This document shows, in pieces, positions 54,750 through 63,560 of a stretch of DNA of 64,000 nt (position 1 is the stretch's first letter; each line of letters opens with the position of its first letter). The position numbers were made by a program, and so were the translations under genes. The notes beneath the pieces were generated by a model. The model made no database searches. It had not been told where the DNA came from and saw only the letters and a program-made list of their open reading frames with translations. Source of the DNA: Candidatus Peribacteria bacterium RIFCSPHIGHO2_01_FULL_55_13 (GTDB lineage: Bacteria > Patescibacteriota > Gracilibacteria > Peribacterales > Peribacteraceae); NCBI GenBank assembly GCA_001788925.1, contig MFXS01000004.1, positions 50,464-114,463 of the forward strand, read 5' to 3'.

Positions 54750-56624
54750 ATGTCTACACTTCCGACCGCACTCGTTCTCTTTCTCGCAGGAATGCTCACT
54801 ATCTTTTTGCCCTGCATTCTGCCGCTTCTGCCGATCGTGCTTGGGGTTAGCGTCGCCGGACGTAGCCGATGGCGGCCGCTTCTCACTGTCCTTGGGATGG
54901 TCGTGAGCTTTGTGGGGTTCACGTTTCTCCTTACGCTGGTCCTGAGCCAGTTCGTTGCATTTGCCGACGTGCTCCGGATTTCCACGTACTACATCCTGCT
55001 GCTCTTCGGCGTGGGATTCCTTACAAACAACCGCACACTGCAGCTTCTGGGTGCCGTGATGGGAGGATTTTTCTTTGAACGCTACGGATGGATCTCGGTC
55101 ACGATCGCGCAAACCGTCGGAGCGACCGCCATGGAACTCGGGTCCAAGATCGCGACGAAACTCCAGCAGTGGGGAGGGGAGATACAGCAGGAAACAGGCG
55201 AGAAGCTCGGACGTGAAAATCCGCTCGCAGCATTCATCATCGGTCTCACACTCGGCCTCGTATGGGTGCCGTGTGCCGGTCCCGCGTTAGGCTTCGCTTT
55301 CACGCTCGTCCGGGAGGAGCCCGGGCCGCGTGCAGCATTTTTGCTTTCGATGTACGGCCTCGGGACCGCAGTTCCTCTGCTGATCGTCGGCTACGGCGGA
55401 CAGGCGATCACCCGGCGCGTACGGGCCCTCAACCACTATAGCGGGCTTATCAAGCGGATTGCCGGCGTAGTACTCATCCTCACGGCCGTGGGACTGCAGT
55501 ATGGAGGCCTGATGCGGCTGCAGACGTATCTGGTGGAGAAAGTAGGGTACGGGGATTTCGGGAGCCGGGTGGAGGAGAAGTTATTTGGGGAGGATTCAGA
55601 AGAGACAACGTCATCCTCCAGCTTTGAAAATCCGTTTACTGCGAAGCTTCCTGTCATTTCCTCTGCCCCGGAGTTCTCCGGTCTTGCTCCTTGGCATAAC
55701 AGTGATCCATTCACGATGGAGAGTCTTCGTGGAAAAGTTGTGCTCGTCGATTTCTGGACGTACTCGTGCATCAACTGCATCCGTACGCTCCCCTACATTC
55801 AGGGCTACTGGGAAACATTTAAGGATACGGGGAAATTCGTCCTCATCGGCGTTCACACGCCTGAGTTTATTTTCGAGAAGGATCAAAAAAATGTCGCTGA
55901 TGCCATCAAGCGCCACGGACTCACGTACACAGTGGCCCAGGACAATGATTTTGGAACGTGGAATGCCTTCGAGAACCGCTACTGGCCGGCGAAGTACCTG
56001 ATCGATGTGGAAGGGAATGTCCGCTACACCCATTTTGGGGAAGGAGACTATGAGGAGACGGAGGAGGCGATTAAAAGTTTGTTGCGCGAAGCAGGTGTGA
56101 CAGTAGGGGGTCCAGAAGATTCAAACCCTTCGACAGGGCTCAGGACAGGCGATTCAGAGGATGTAAAAGAGTATTACGGTAAGCAGACCCCGGAGATCTA
56201 TCTTGGGCCCAGAAGCTGGAGTTCTTTTGGCAACGGAGGAATGTTTCCCACCGAGGATGCCGTTGTCTACACCGCGCCCGAAGAAATGGAGCTTCATGAA
56301 TACACTCTCGATGGCACCTGGCAGATCGTGGATGATGAACAGAGAGTCCTTCGATCTGAGACCGGAGAGATCCGCATGAAGTTTTTGGGAGGGGAGATCA
56401 ATCTGGTGATGGGAGTAGAGGGAATGGATGCCGCACTGCTCACCACAGGCTCTCTATCGCTACCAATGGTGCAGGTCTTCGTTGATGGAAAGCTGGAGAA
56501 GACGTTTACCATCGACCGTTACGATCTCTTCGTGCTTTGGAAAGGGGAATACGGCGAACATGAAATAATCCTGAAGATCGCCGGGGCGGGAGCGGAGGGA
56601 TATGCGTTTACCTTTGGGCAATAA
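54750..56624 (+). CDS. DipZ-like protein: CcdA/DsbD membrane domain fused to thioredoxin-like and C-terminal domains
   Basis: CcdA-type helices with LPCILPLLP and VPCAGP motifs; redoxin domain WTYSCINC. Confidence 0.8.
   Translation: MSTLPTALVLFLAGMLTIFLPCILPLLPIVLGVSVAGRSRWRPLLTVLGMVVSFVGFTFLLTLVLSQFVAFADVLRISTYYILLLFGVGFLTNNRTLQLLGAVMGGFFFERYGWISVTIAQTVGATAMELGSKIATKLQQWGGEIQQETGEKLGRENPLAAFIIGLTLGLVWVPCAGPALGFAFTLVREEPGPRAAFLLSMYGLGTAVPLLIVGYGGQAITRRVRALNHYSGLIKRIAGVVLILTAVGLQYGGLMRLQTYLVEKVGYGDFGSRVEEKLFGEDSEETTSSSSFENPFTAKLPVISSAPEFSGLAPWHNSDPFTMESLRGKVVLVDFWTYSCINCIRTLPYIQGYWETFKDTGKFVLIGVHTPEFIFEKDQKNVADAIKRHGLTYTVAQDNDFGTWNAFENRYWPAKYLIDVEGNVRYTHFGEGDYEETEEAIKSLLREAGVTVGGPEDSNPSTGLRTGDSEDVKEYYGKQTPEIYLGPRSWSSFGNGGMFPTEDAVVYTAPEEMELHEYTLDGTWQIVDDEQRVLRSETGEIRMKFLGGEINLVMGVEGMDAALLTTGSLSLPMVQVFVDGKLEKTFTIDRYDLFVLWKGEYGEHEIILKIAGAGAEGYAFTFGQ
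56126..56150. repeat. 25-nt element CCCTTCGACAGGGCTCAGGACAGGC flanked by 8-nt direct repeats
   Basis: Flanks GATTCAAA and GATTCAGA; element plus one flank is 33 nt, read as NPSTGLRTGDS. Confidence 0.8.
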
Positions 56625-56772
56625 AAGACCCAACCTGGAAGTTTTAAGCTTGGGCCCCTTCACATGCATGTAGGCCCGCTGCTGAGCTGGAACAGCCCTC
56701 CAGGTTGGTCCTGCAATTTCGCCGCGGAAACTGCATTGTTCCCACTCTACATTGAGGATGTCCGCATACAAT

Positions 56773-56803
56773 AAAAACGGCGGAGAGTTGCTCCGCCGTT
56801 TTT
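56773..56803. terminator. bidirectional rho-independent terminator
   Basis: AAAAACGGCGGAG-AGTTG-CTCCGCCGTTTTT between the convergent DipZ-like gene and glnA. Confidence 0.75.
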
Positions 56804-56818
56804 GAAATTCCCAATTTC

Positions 56819-58321
56819 CTAGGCGTCGAAGTACTTATAGAACTCCCATGGAGTTGGGCGCATGCCGCATTCGGCGACTTCCGCACGTTTGCCTTCGATG
56901 TAGGAAGCGATGAAGGCCTCGGAGAACACGCCGTTTTTTGTGAGGAAGGTGTGGTCGTCCTCCAGTGCATCAAGTGCATCGGCGAGCGTTGCCGGCGCGT
57001 GCGGGATTTTGCTGAGTTTGGATGCCTCCATCTTGTAGAGGTTCTCATCGGTGTGCGATCCGGGCTTCAGTTCGCGCTCAATGCCGTCGAGACCAGCAAG
57101 AAGCATGGCGGAGAAGGCGAGATAGGGGTTGCAGACGGCGTCGGGCATGCGGAATTCCACGCGCTTGGCCTTGGGGTTATTGCTGTACATGGGAATGCGG
57201 ATGGCGGCGGAGCGGTTGCGTGCCGAGTAGATCAGATTCACCGGCGCTTCGAAGCCAGGTACCAGGCGCTTGTAGCTGTTGGTCGTCGGGTTACACAGTG
57301 CGCAGAGTGCAGGAGCGTGTTTCAGGAGCCCTGCAAGGTAGGACATCGCCATGGTGCTGAGGCCCGCGTACTCGCCCCCGGCAAAGAGCGGCTTGCCGTT
57401 CTTCCAGAGGCTCTGGTGGACGTGCATGCCCGTGCCGTTGTCCCCATAAATCGGCTTTGGCATGAAGGTAACAGTCTTGCCGAACTGCGCGGCAACGTTT
57501 CTCAGGATGTATTTATAACGGATCAGCTTATCCGCCATCGTGAGCATCTCGTCTCTTTCCATGTCGATCTCGCCCTGGCCGGCTGTTGCTACTTCGTGGT
57601 GCGAGGTTTCCACCTTGATGCCCGAAGCTTCGAGCTCGCGGACCATCGCGGAGCGAACGCCTTTCAACTGATCCATCGGTGCCCCCGGAAAATAACCCTC
57701 TTTGTTCCGGATCTTGTAGCCCATGTTTCCACCCACCTCTTCCTTGCCGGTGTTCCAGATGGCTTCTGAAGAATCTACAGCATAGAAAGCGCTGCCCTGC
57801 TGCTGATCGTAACGGACGGAGTCGAAGATGAAGAATTCGGCCTCCGGACCGAAGTACGCGGCATCGGCAACGCCGCTTTTCTGCAGGCGCTCCACAGCTC
57901 GCTTAGCAATCGTCCGTGGAGATGAGTCAAACAGGTTGCCGCTTATGGGATCCTTCACGTCACAGAGCAGTGCGATCGTCGGTTCCCCTGCAAACGTATC
58001 CAAGAATGCCGTCGCGGGGTCGGGCATCAGGAGCATGTCGCTTTCCTCGATGTTCCGGAATCCGCGGATACTGGAACCATCGAACCCCGCGCCTCCTTCA
58101 AAAACATCACTGAGCTCGTGGATCGGCTTTGTCGTGTGTTGCAATGTCCCCGGCACGTCGACGAAGGTGTAATCGGCGAACGTTGCGCCGTGTTTCTTGG
58201 CAAAGGCGATCACATCGGCCTTTGTTTTCATTGCCGGCGTAAAATCAAGATCCGCTCCCGTGCGTGCGAATTTGGCATCAGCAACGAGCGCTTCTTTCAT
58301 GGGGGAGGAGACGGGGTTCAT
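56819..58321 (-). CDS. glnA: glutamine synthetase
   Basis: 500 aa; GSSIRGF, MPKPIYGDNGTGMHVHQSL and NSYKRLVPGFEAP motifs. Confidence 0.93.
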   Translation of the reverse strand: MNPVSSPMKEALVADAKFARTGADLDFTPAMKTKADVIAFAKKHGATFADYTFVDVPGTLQHTTKPIHELSDVFEGGAGFDGSSIRGFRNIEESDMLLMPDPATAFLDTFAGEPTIALLCDVKDPISGNLFDSSPRTIAKRAVERLQKSGVADAAYFGPEAEFFIFDSVRYDQQQGSAFYAVDSSEAIWNTGKEEVGGNMGYKIRNKEGYFPGAPMDQLKGVRSAMVRELEASGIKVETSHHEVATAGQGEIDMERDEMLTMADKLIRYKYILRNVAAQFGKTVTFMPKPIYGDNGTGMHVHQSLWKNGKPLFAGGEYAGLSTMAMSYLAGLLKHAPALCALCNPTTNSYKRLVPGFEAPVNLIYSARNRSAAIRIPMYSNNPKAKRVEFRMPDAVCNPYLAFSAMLLAGLDGIERELKPGSHTDENLYKMEASKLSKIPHAPATLADALDALEDDHTFLTKNGVFSEAFIASYIEGKRAEVAECGMRPTPWEFYKYFDA

Positions 58322-58322
58322 A

Positions 58323-58357
58323 AAAAAGGAAAAATGAAAAAGGATAAAGGAAAAATT
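58323..58357. repeat. 7-nt-periodic repeat module (GGAAAAA/TGAAAAA/GGATAAA units) abutting the glnA start
   Basis: Inverted partner at 58560-58599. Confidence 0.85.
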
Positions 58358-58410
58358 CGCTAGCGAGTCTGGCGTTGAGCGCAGCCCATTACAAACGCAT
58401 GTTCGTATAC

Positions 58411-58433
58411 AAGAATTGAACTGTTCAGTTCTT
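58411..58433. promoter_or_regulatory. candidate operator palindrome AAGAATTGAAC-T-GTTCAGTTCTT
   Basis: Perfect TGAAC-T-GTTCA core (58417-58427) in the divergent glnA/TrmB-like region. Confidence 0.3.
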
Positions 58434-58559
58434 TATCAACAATGCATCGTACGATCTTTGGCTTAGTAAAGTCTTCCTACTCACTGGTGTGTATCTTGTG
58501 CAATAAAAAACCGTCTTTGTTGTAAAAATTAATAACACCTTGCTACACTCTCAAAGTCA

Positions 58560-58599
58560 TTTATTTTTCCATTATCCTTTTTCATTTTTCCTTTCTTTC
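58560..58599. repeat. 7-nt-periodic repeat module abutting the TrmB-like gene start (inverted copy of 58323-58357)
   Basis: TTATCCTTTTTCATTTTTCCTTT is shared by both leaders in gene sense. Confidence 0.85.
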
Positions 58600-59346
58600 A
58601 TGGCCCGCGACCTTCTTCCCATTCTTGAATCTATCGGCCTCGACCCGAAAGAGGCGCAGCTGTATCTCACCGGCCTCCAGATCGGCTCGGCGCCAGCGTC
58701 CGAATACGCGAAGCGCAGCAAACTGAACCGAATCACGAGCTACAACTCCCTTGAAGAAATGGTGCAAAAGGGGATCTTCACGATGGAGCGGAAAATGCGC
58801 GCGAAGTGGTATGCACCGGTTGCTCCCGAGTATCTGAGTATTGAAGCGCGCAAGAATGCCGAGTCTCTCGAGCGTATTCTTCCGGAATTACGGTCACTCC
58901 AGGGAGCCAAGCACCGCAGCCCGCATGTACGGTTCTTCGAGGGGTGGGAAGGCGTTCAAAAAGTGTACGAAGACACGCTCACCGCATCCGGAGAACTGCT
59001 GAACTTCGCAAACTCCTCTGTCGTCCGGGAATTCTGGCCGGAGTATGACGAGGAATACGTGGCGCAGCGCGTGAAGCGCGGCATTCATCTCCGTGGTATT
59101 TCTCCCGACGACGCCGCCGGCAGGAAAGTGCACGGCGATGACAAGCAATATCTGCGTGAGATCCGCCTTGTTCCTGCAAAAGAATTCGATTTTCAAAATG
59201 AGATCAACATCTACGACCACAAAGTGGCGATTTGCTCGTTTGGAGATGGAGGAAATGTTTTCGGCGTGATTATTGAAAGCAAGGAGGTGGCGGAAACCCA
59301 ACGTCAAATCTTCGAGATGGCTTGGCGCTACGCTGGTAGAAAATAG
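58600..59346 (+). CDS. TrmB family transcriptional regulator
   Basis: N-terminal wHTH LGLDPKEAQLYLTGLQIGSAPASEYAKRSKLNRITSYNSLEEMVQKG. Confidence 0.7.
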   Translation: MARDLLPILESIGLDPKEAQLYLTGLQIGSAPASEYAKRSKLNRITSYNSLEEMVQKGIFTMERKMRAKWYAPVAPEYLSIEARKNAESLERILPELRSLQGAKHRSPHVRFFEGWEGVQKVYEDTLTASGELLNFANSSVVREFWPEYDEEYVAQRVKRGIHLRGISPDDAAGRKVHGDDKQYLREIRLVPAKEFDFQNEINIYDHKVAICSFGDGGNVFGVIIESKEVAETQRQIFEMAWRYAGRK

Positions 59347-59348
59347 GA

Positions 59349-59744
59349 CTACTGGAATGCCTTGTACTCAAAGAAATCTTTCTGATGTTCCTGACCTTCT
59401 TTATGCACATTGTGTTTGATAGAGCAGGAATAGATTTCTGTTCTATTCACGATAGCCTTAAGCCAAGCTACGCCCCCATTTGCATACTCACAGTAGAGGC
59501 AGGCAAGTTTTTGAAATATATTGAGATGCCGTAATTTATAACGATCGAAAATGCAATAATCGCTGAATCTGACTTTGGGAATGTCATAAATTGGAAAATA
59601 GATTTGTTGATAGATCCATATGCTTCCGTGCAATAAGAGTCCGAAAGGAAGAACAGACCAAATAATCACCGTTGCCACCAATTGCAGAAAAAGACCCCGT
59701 TTTTTCAGTGTCTGTTTCGTGACGACGAAGTTATCATAGAGCAT
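59349..59744 (-). CDS. membrane protein with CxxC motif (AT-richer orphan); start uncertain
   Basis: 131-aa ORF; its ATG is back-to-back with the thyA ATG (CATATG); internal TTG/GTG starts are possible. Confidence 0.45.
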   Translation of the reverse strand: MLYDNFVVTKQTLKKRGLFLQLVATVIIWSVLPFGLLLHGSIWIYQQIYFPIYDIPKVRFSDYCIFDRYKLRHLNIFQKLACLYCEYANGGVAWLKAIVNRTEIYSCSIKHNVHKEGQEHQKDFFEYKAFQ

Positions 59745-60578
59745 ATGAAGGCGTACTTGGATTTACTGCAGCATATCCTCGATAGCGGCGCGGCAAAAGA
59801 CGACCGAACGGGCACGGGCACGTACTCGATGTTTGGCGCACAGCTGCGGTTTGATCTCAGCAATGGATTTCCCATGCTCACAACGAAGAAGCTTTCTACG
59901 CGTGCGATCATCCACGAACTTCTCTGGTTTCTGATGGGTTCTACGAACATCGGCTATCTCAAAGAGAATGGTGTTTCGATTTGGGATGAATGGGCGACAG
60001 AGCGCGGGGATCTCGGGCCTGTGTATGGCAAGCAGTGGCGGGCGTGGGAAGGGCCCAGCGGCCGCGTGATCGATCAGGTGAGCGAGGTCATCGCGCAGAT
60101 CAAGAAGCGACCGCATTCGCGCCGTCTTATCGTCTCTGCATGGAACCCTGCGGACCTTCCGGATGAATCGATCAGTCCGCAGGACAACGTGGAGCAGGGG
60201 AGGATGGCGTTAGCACCATGCCATTGTCTGTTTCAGTTCTATGTCGCGAATGATCGGTTGAGTTGCCAGCTCTATCAGCGTTCCGCCGATGTCTTTTTGG
60301 GCGTTCCATTCAATATCGCATCCTATTCCCTGCTCACACACATGGTCGCGCAGGTCTGTGGGCTCGGTGTAGGGGATTTCGTCCACACCTTTGGCGACGT
60401 GCATCTCTATAAAAACCACGTGGATCAGGCGCGTCTTCAATTATCACGTGCGCCCAAGGCGCTGCCGCAGCTCAAGATTAATCCGGAGGTGAAATCCATC
60501 TTTGATTTCCGGTTCGGAGATTTTGAGGTTCTGAATTATGACCCGGAGCCGAGCATTAAGGCGCCGATTGCGGTGTAA
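59745..60578 (+). CDS. thyA: thymidylate synthase (ThyA type)
   Basis: [31 protein letters not shown] and [12 protein letters not shown] motifs. Confidence 0.95.
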   Translation: MKAYLDLLQHILDSGAAKDDRTGTGTYSMFGAQLRFDLSNGFPMLTTKKLSTRAIIHELLWFLMGSTNIGYLKENGVSIWDEWATERGDLGPVYGKQWRAWEGPSGRVIDQVSEVIAQIKKRPHSRRLIVSAWNPADLPDESISPQDNVEQGRMALAPCHCLFQFYVANDRLSCQLYQRSADVFLGVPFNIASYSLLTHMVAQVCGLGVGDFVHTFGDVHLYKNHVDQARLQLSRAPKALPQLKINPEVKSIFDFRFGDFEVLNYDPEPSIKAPIAV

Positions 60579-60589
60579 TGCCGCCGCGT

Positions 60590-60660
60590 TGGTGGAGCGG
60601 AGGGGAATCGAACCCCCATTCCTTCGATTAGCAAGTCGAGGAATGCACCATGCCCGCCCC
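60590..60660 (-). ncRNA. aberrant tRNA-like element (acceptor/T-arm/CCA with G3:U70, no canonical D or anticodon arm)
   Basis: GGGGCGG...GGGGGTTCGATTCCCCT-CCGCTCC-A-CCA; central 9-bp bulged hairpin with 8-nt loop CTTGCTAA. Confidence 0.35.
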
Positions 60661-60768
60661 ACAACGGCGGCATATGAACCGTAACAAGGGATCTTGACAT
60701 GCACGAGTGCACAAACGTACACTGTATGCACGATTAGCAAGTCGACGGATGCACTATAGGTGCTCGGA

Positions 60769-60790
60769 CCCCCGCTTCTAGCGGGGTTTT
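60769..60790 (+). terminator. terminator-like hairpin CCCCCGC-TTCTA-GCGGGG-TTTT
   Basis: Plus-strand orientation, 190 nt after the thyA stop. Confidence 0.45.
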
Positions 60791-60850
60791 CGTATGTGCA
60801 AAAATCTTTTTGTTTTAACCAATTTTGGCATTTGCTGGTAGGTTGGATCC

Positions 60851-61354
60851 ATGCGCATCTCCCTTATTGCCGCCGCCTCGGAAAACAACGTGATCGGCGA
60901 TCATGGGAAGATTCCGTGGAACATCCCGGAAGACATGAGGCATTTCCGGACACTCACAACCGGAAAGCCCGTGATCATGGGGAGGAAGACCTATGAATCC
61001 ATCGGGCATCCGCTTCCGAAGCGTCCAAATATCGTCGTTACGAGGCAGAAGGGATATATGGCAGGAGGGTGTCACGTTGTTGCTTCGCTCGACGAGGCAT
61101 TGCAGATTGCCCGCCTGCCGGACGGGCAGGCAGATTGCAAAAATGCTGAAGAAGTCTTTGTCATTGGAGGAGGGGAAATCTATCGCGAGGCACTCGAAAA
61201 AGCAGACCGCATTTATCTCACGCGCGTGCATGCGACTGTTCCGGGTGATGCGTACTTTCCGGAGTTTCATCCGGAGCGTTGGAATGCTGTGAGTGAAGAG
61301 AGGCACGAGGGGAATCCGGCGTATACATTCTTGATGTACGAGAAGAAGTTGTAG
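60851..61354 (+). CDS. folA: dihydrofolate reductase
   Basis: ISLIAAASENNVIGDHGKIPWNIPEDMRHFRTLTTGKPVIMGRKTYESIG. Confidence 0.93.
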   Translation: MRISLIAAASENNVIGDHGKIPWNIPEDMRHFRTLTTGKPVIMGRKTYESIGHPLPKRPNIVVTRQKGYMAGGCHVVASLDEALQIARLPDGQADCKNAEEVFVIGGGEIYREALEKADRIYLTRVHATVPGDAYFPEFHPERWNAVSEERHEGNPAYTFLMYEKKL

Positions 61355-61364
61355 GGGGGTAGGG

Positions 61365-61389
61365 CCCTTCGACAGGCTCAGGACAGGCT
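61365..61389. repeat. 25-nt element copy (CCCTTCGACAGGCTCAGGACAGGCT), intergenic
   Basis: Flanked by GTAGGG direct repeats (61359-61364 and 61390-61395). Confidence 0.75.
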
Positions 61390-61514
61390 GTAGGGTGTTG
61401 GATGGGTTTCGCAGGGAACGAGATTTTGGCTTATGTAAGACAAAAAAATGATGCATAGGAGATTCAGGTGCCGCGATTCGGACATCGCAAACATGGTGCC
61501 ACACACTGGGCGCG

Positions 61515-62471
61515 ATGAACGAGAACCGAGCAGCACTGGCAGAGATGGAAGCGCAGCCGATGGAGATCCTTACAGCAGCAGAGCGGCTGCAGAGGGCCAC
61601 CACATATGCGGATACTCTGGGAGAAGTTTCCAGCCAGATCGATACGGAACTCCAGATTCTGGAGGAGGAAGTGGAGCAGGGCATCATCGATGCAAGCGAC
61701 GGCACCGCAGCGGATATCCGCCAGGCATTACTTACACGACAAGACGTCATCGCGCCGCTTGCTTCCGAGTACAGCAGCGTGCAGGTGGCGCAGCTGGAGC
61801 CCGGCGTCGGTGGCATGGCGCCTGTAGGAGGAGAGGTTTCTGAGATTTTCGTGAGCGCGGGGCAAGTGGCGAATGGGGACCCGAGAAAACTGAAAGGTAT
61901 TCTTGTGCATGAAGTACAACACACAGATCAAACTGATTTGCAGACTGCAGGTGGATCCGTCCTGATTGTGGACGGAAAGACAGTGACAGACGAAGTTGTC
62001 CTCCTTGAAGGAGACACCGAAAAAACTGCAAAAAAGGTGATCGGTGATCGGGATGACAGACCCGATGCTGTATACGGAGAGGGTTTGGAGATTGCCGAGG
62101 AGATTCAGACGTATGCAGCAGATACGTGGCAAACCACTCTGGAGGGAGATGGGAATGTAGAGGCGCTTCAGAATGCCGTTTGGATCAATGGCGTTGAACA
62201 GGAAAAGCTCTCTGCTGAGGAACTCGTCGAGCAAGCGGATCAAACCGGATATATGTTCAACGAAGCCTTCATTGCGGCGCAAAATACGGAATGGGCGGCA
62301 GCGATTGAGAACGGAAAATTGACTGCGCAAGAAGTGCAGGAAGTTGCGGAGCAGCTGGATATTGAACTTACTTCCGAAGTGAATCTGGCCATTGCGAAAG
62401 TCGCGGCGGAAACGCGGAATCTGTACATGTACGGGCCGCGGGCTGAACGGCCAACCGCGCTGGCGGCTTGA
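61515..62471 (+). CDS. acidic hypothetical protein with HExxH motif
   Basis: 318 aa, highly acidic; ILVHEVQHTDQ. Confidence 0.55.
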   Translation: MNENRAALAEMEAQPMEILTAAERLQRATTYADTLGEVSSQIDTELQILEEEVEQGIIDASDGTAADIRQALLTRQDVIAPLASEYSSVQVAQLEPGVGGMAPVGGEVSEIFVSAGQVANGDPRKLKGILVHEVQHTDQTDLQTAGGSVLIVDGKTVTDEVVLLEGDTEKTAKKVIGDRDDRPDAVYGEGLEIAEEIQTYAADTWQTTLEGDGNVEALQNAVWINGVEQEKLSAEELVEQADQTGYMFNEAFIAAQNTEWAAAIENGKLTAQEVQEVAEQLDIELTSEVNLAIAKVAAETRNLYMYGPRAERPTALAA

Positions 62472-62480
62472 TCACCTTGG

Positions 62481-62503
62481 GAGACGCAACAGAGTTGCGT
62501 CTC
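62481..62503 (+). terminator. GAGACG...CGTCTC hairpin 3' of gene
   Basis: GAGACGCAAC-AGA-GTTGCGTCTC; no clear U-tract. Confidence 0.35.
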
Positions 62504-62515
62504 TACGGATGCCGT

Positions 62516-63058
62516 TTACCTTCCTATTAACCGCAGGAATTCCTCCCGTGTCTTTTCATCTTTCTTGATCAATCCCTTCACGCAGCTGGTCATGGCTTTG
62601 GAATGCTGCTTCTCCACGCCCCGCATCATCATGCAGAGGTGCTCGGCTTCTACGACGACCGCGATGCCCTTGGGCTTCAGCACCGATTCCAGCGCGTCGC
62701 AGATTTGCTGGGTGAGGCGTTCCTGGGTCTGGAGCCTGCGGGCGAACATGTCGATGATGCGCGGGATCTTGCTGAGGCCGATGATGTGCTTATTCGGGAC
62801 GTAGCCCACATGCACCTTGCCGATGAAGGGCAGGAGATGATGCTCGCACAGGCTGTAGCATTCGATATCGGTGACGATGACCATTCCATCGGTCTCACTG
62901 GGAAAAAGCGCGTCGTTCACAATCGTTTCCAGATCTTCCCCGTAGCCTTTTGTCAGAAATTGAAAGGCGTCTGCTGCCCGCTTGGGGGTTTTCAGAAGCC
63001 CTTTGCGTTTCGGGTCTTCGCCGATGGCCTTGAGAAGATCATGGAACAGTTTTTCCAT
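62516..63058 (-). CDS. folE: GTP cyclohydrolase I (FolE type)
   Basis: [30 protein letters not shown] and HLCMMMRGV motifs; start set at MEKLF. Confidence 0.9.
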   Translation of the reverse strand: MEKLFHDLLKAIGEDPKRKGLLKTPKRAADAFQFLTKGYGEDLETIVNDALFPSETDGMVIVTDIECYSLCEHHLLPFIGKVHVGYVPNKHIIGLSKIPRIIDMFARRLQTQERLTQQICDALESVLKPKGIAVVVEAEHLCMMMRGVEKQHSKAMTSCVKGLIKKDEKTREEFLRLIGR

Positions 63059-63065
63059 GGCTCCA

Positions 63066-63560
63066 TCATAAAGCGATGTCCGTGAGGACACACTCCTGTT
63101 CTAGGGTTTTTTCGAGCAAATATTCCCAGGATTGCTTTATGACGGGGTGCTTGAATTGCGGGTCGATCAGTTCGCAGAGGGGCTCGAGGACAAAACGGCG
63201 TTCGTGCATGCGAGGGTGGGGCAGGACGATTTGCGATTTACTATTGATGATTTGCGATTTGTTTCCATGCAATAAGAGATCGAGATCAATTGTTCTGGGG
63301 CCGAAACGGAAGGGCGGAGCTTTGCCCAGCGATTGCTCGATGCTTTGCAAGATACGATAGATATCTTCAGAGGATTTCTGGGTATCACAGGTTGCAACGG
63401 TATTCAGGAAATCATTCTGATCCTCCACTTCGCGGGCGGCCGTGCGGTAGACGGAGGAGAATTCGATATCAGGAAAATGTTCCCGGAGCAAAGCGGCTGC
63501 TTTTTGAAGATTCATTTCAGGATCGATATTGCTGCCGAGGCCGAGGAAGATCTGTGTCAT
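63066..63560 (-). CDS. folK: 2-amino-4-hydroxy-6-hydroxymethyldihydropterin pyrophosphokinase
   Basis: [19 protein letters not shown] and [12 protein letters not shown] motifs. Confidence 0.88.
   Translation of the reverse strand: MTQIFLGLGSNIDPEMNLQKAAALLREHFPDIEFSSVYRTAAREVEDQNDFLNTVATCDTQKSSEDIYRILQSIEQSLGKAPPFRFGPRTIDLDLLLHGNKSQIINSKSQIVLPHPRMHERRFVLEPLCELIDPQFKHPVIKQSWEYLLEKTLEQECVLTDIAL
63226..63262. repeat. 7-nt-periodic repeat module in CDS (xxxGATT units)
   Basis: Read as [12 protein letters not shown] between the conserved DLDLLL and PHPRMHER. Confidence 0.85.

Noticed and set aside
56628-56712. Long-range pairing ACCCAACCTGGAAG...CTCCAGGTTGGTCC downstream of the DipZ-like gene as an sRNA
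   Set aside because: It is a single occurrence with no covariation evidence, and it lies next to a clear bidirectional terminator. The evidence is too weak to call.
58322-58599. Glutamine (glnA RNA motif) riboswitch or NtcA/TnrA boxes upstream of glnA
   Set aside because: I could not find the conserved riboswitch core, GTA-N8-TAC or TGTNA-N7-TNACA. Only the TGAAC-T-GTTCA palindrome is reported, as a candidate.
60590-60660. tmRNA or a genuine tRNA-Ala (G3:U70, TTCGATT T-loop, ACCA end)
   Set aside because: The 5' acceptor strand is only about 60 nt from the 3' end, so there is no room for a tag ORF or pseudoknots. No canonical D-arm or 7-nt anticodon loop could be folded. It is kept as a low-confidence tRNA-like element instead.
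60815-61924. 369-aa minus-strand ORF spanning folA and the following gene
   Set aside because: It overlaps a canonical DHFR on the plus strand. Its translation is low-complexity (Ser/Ala/Pro/Cys-rich) with no motifs.
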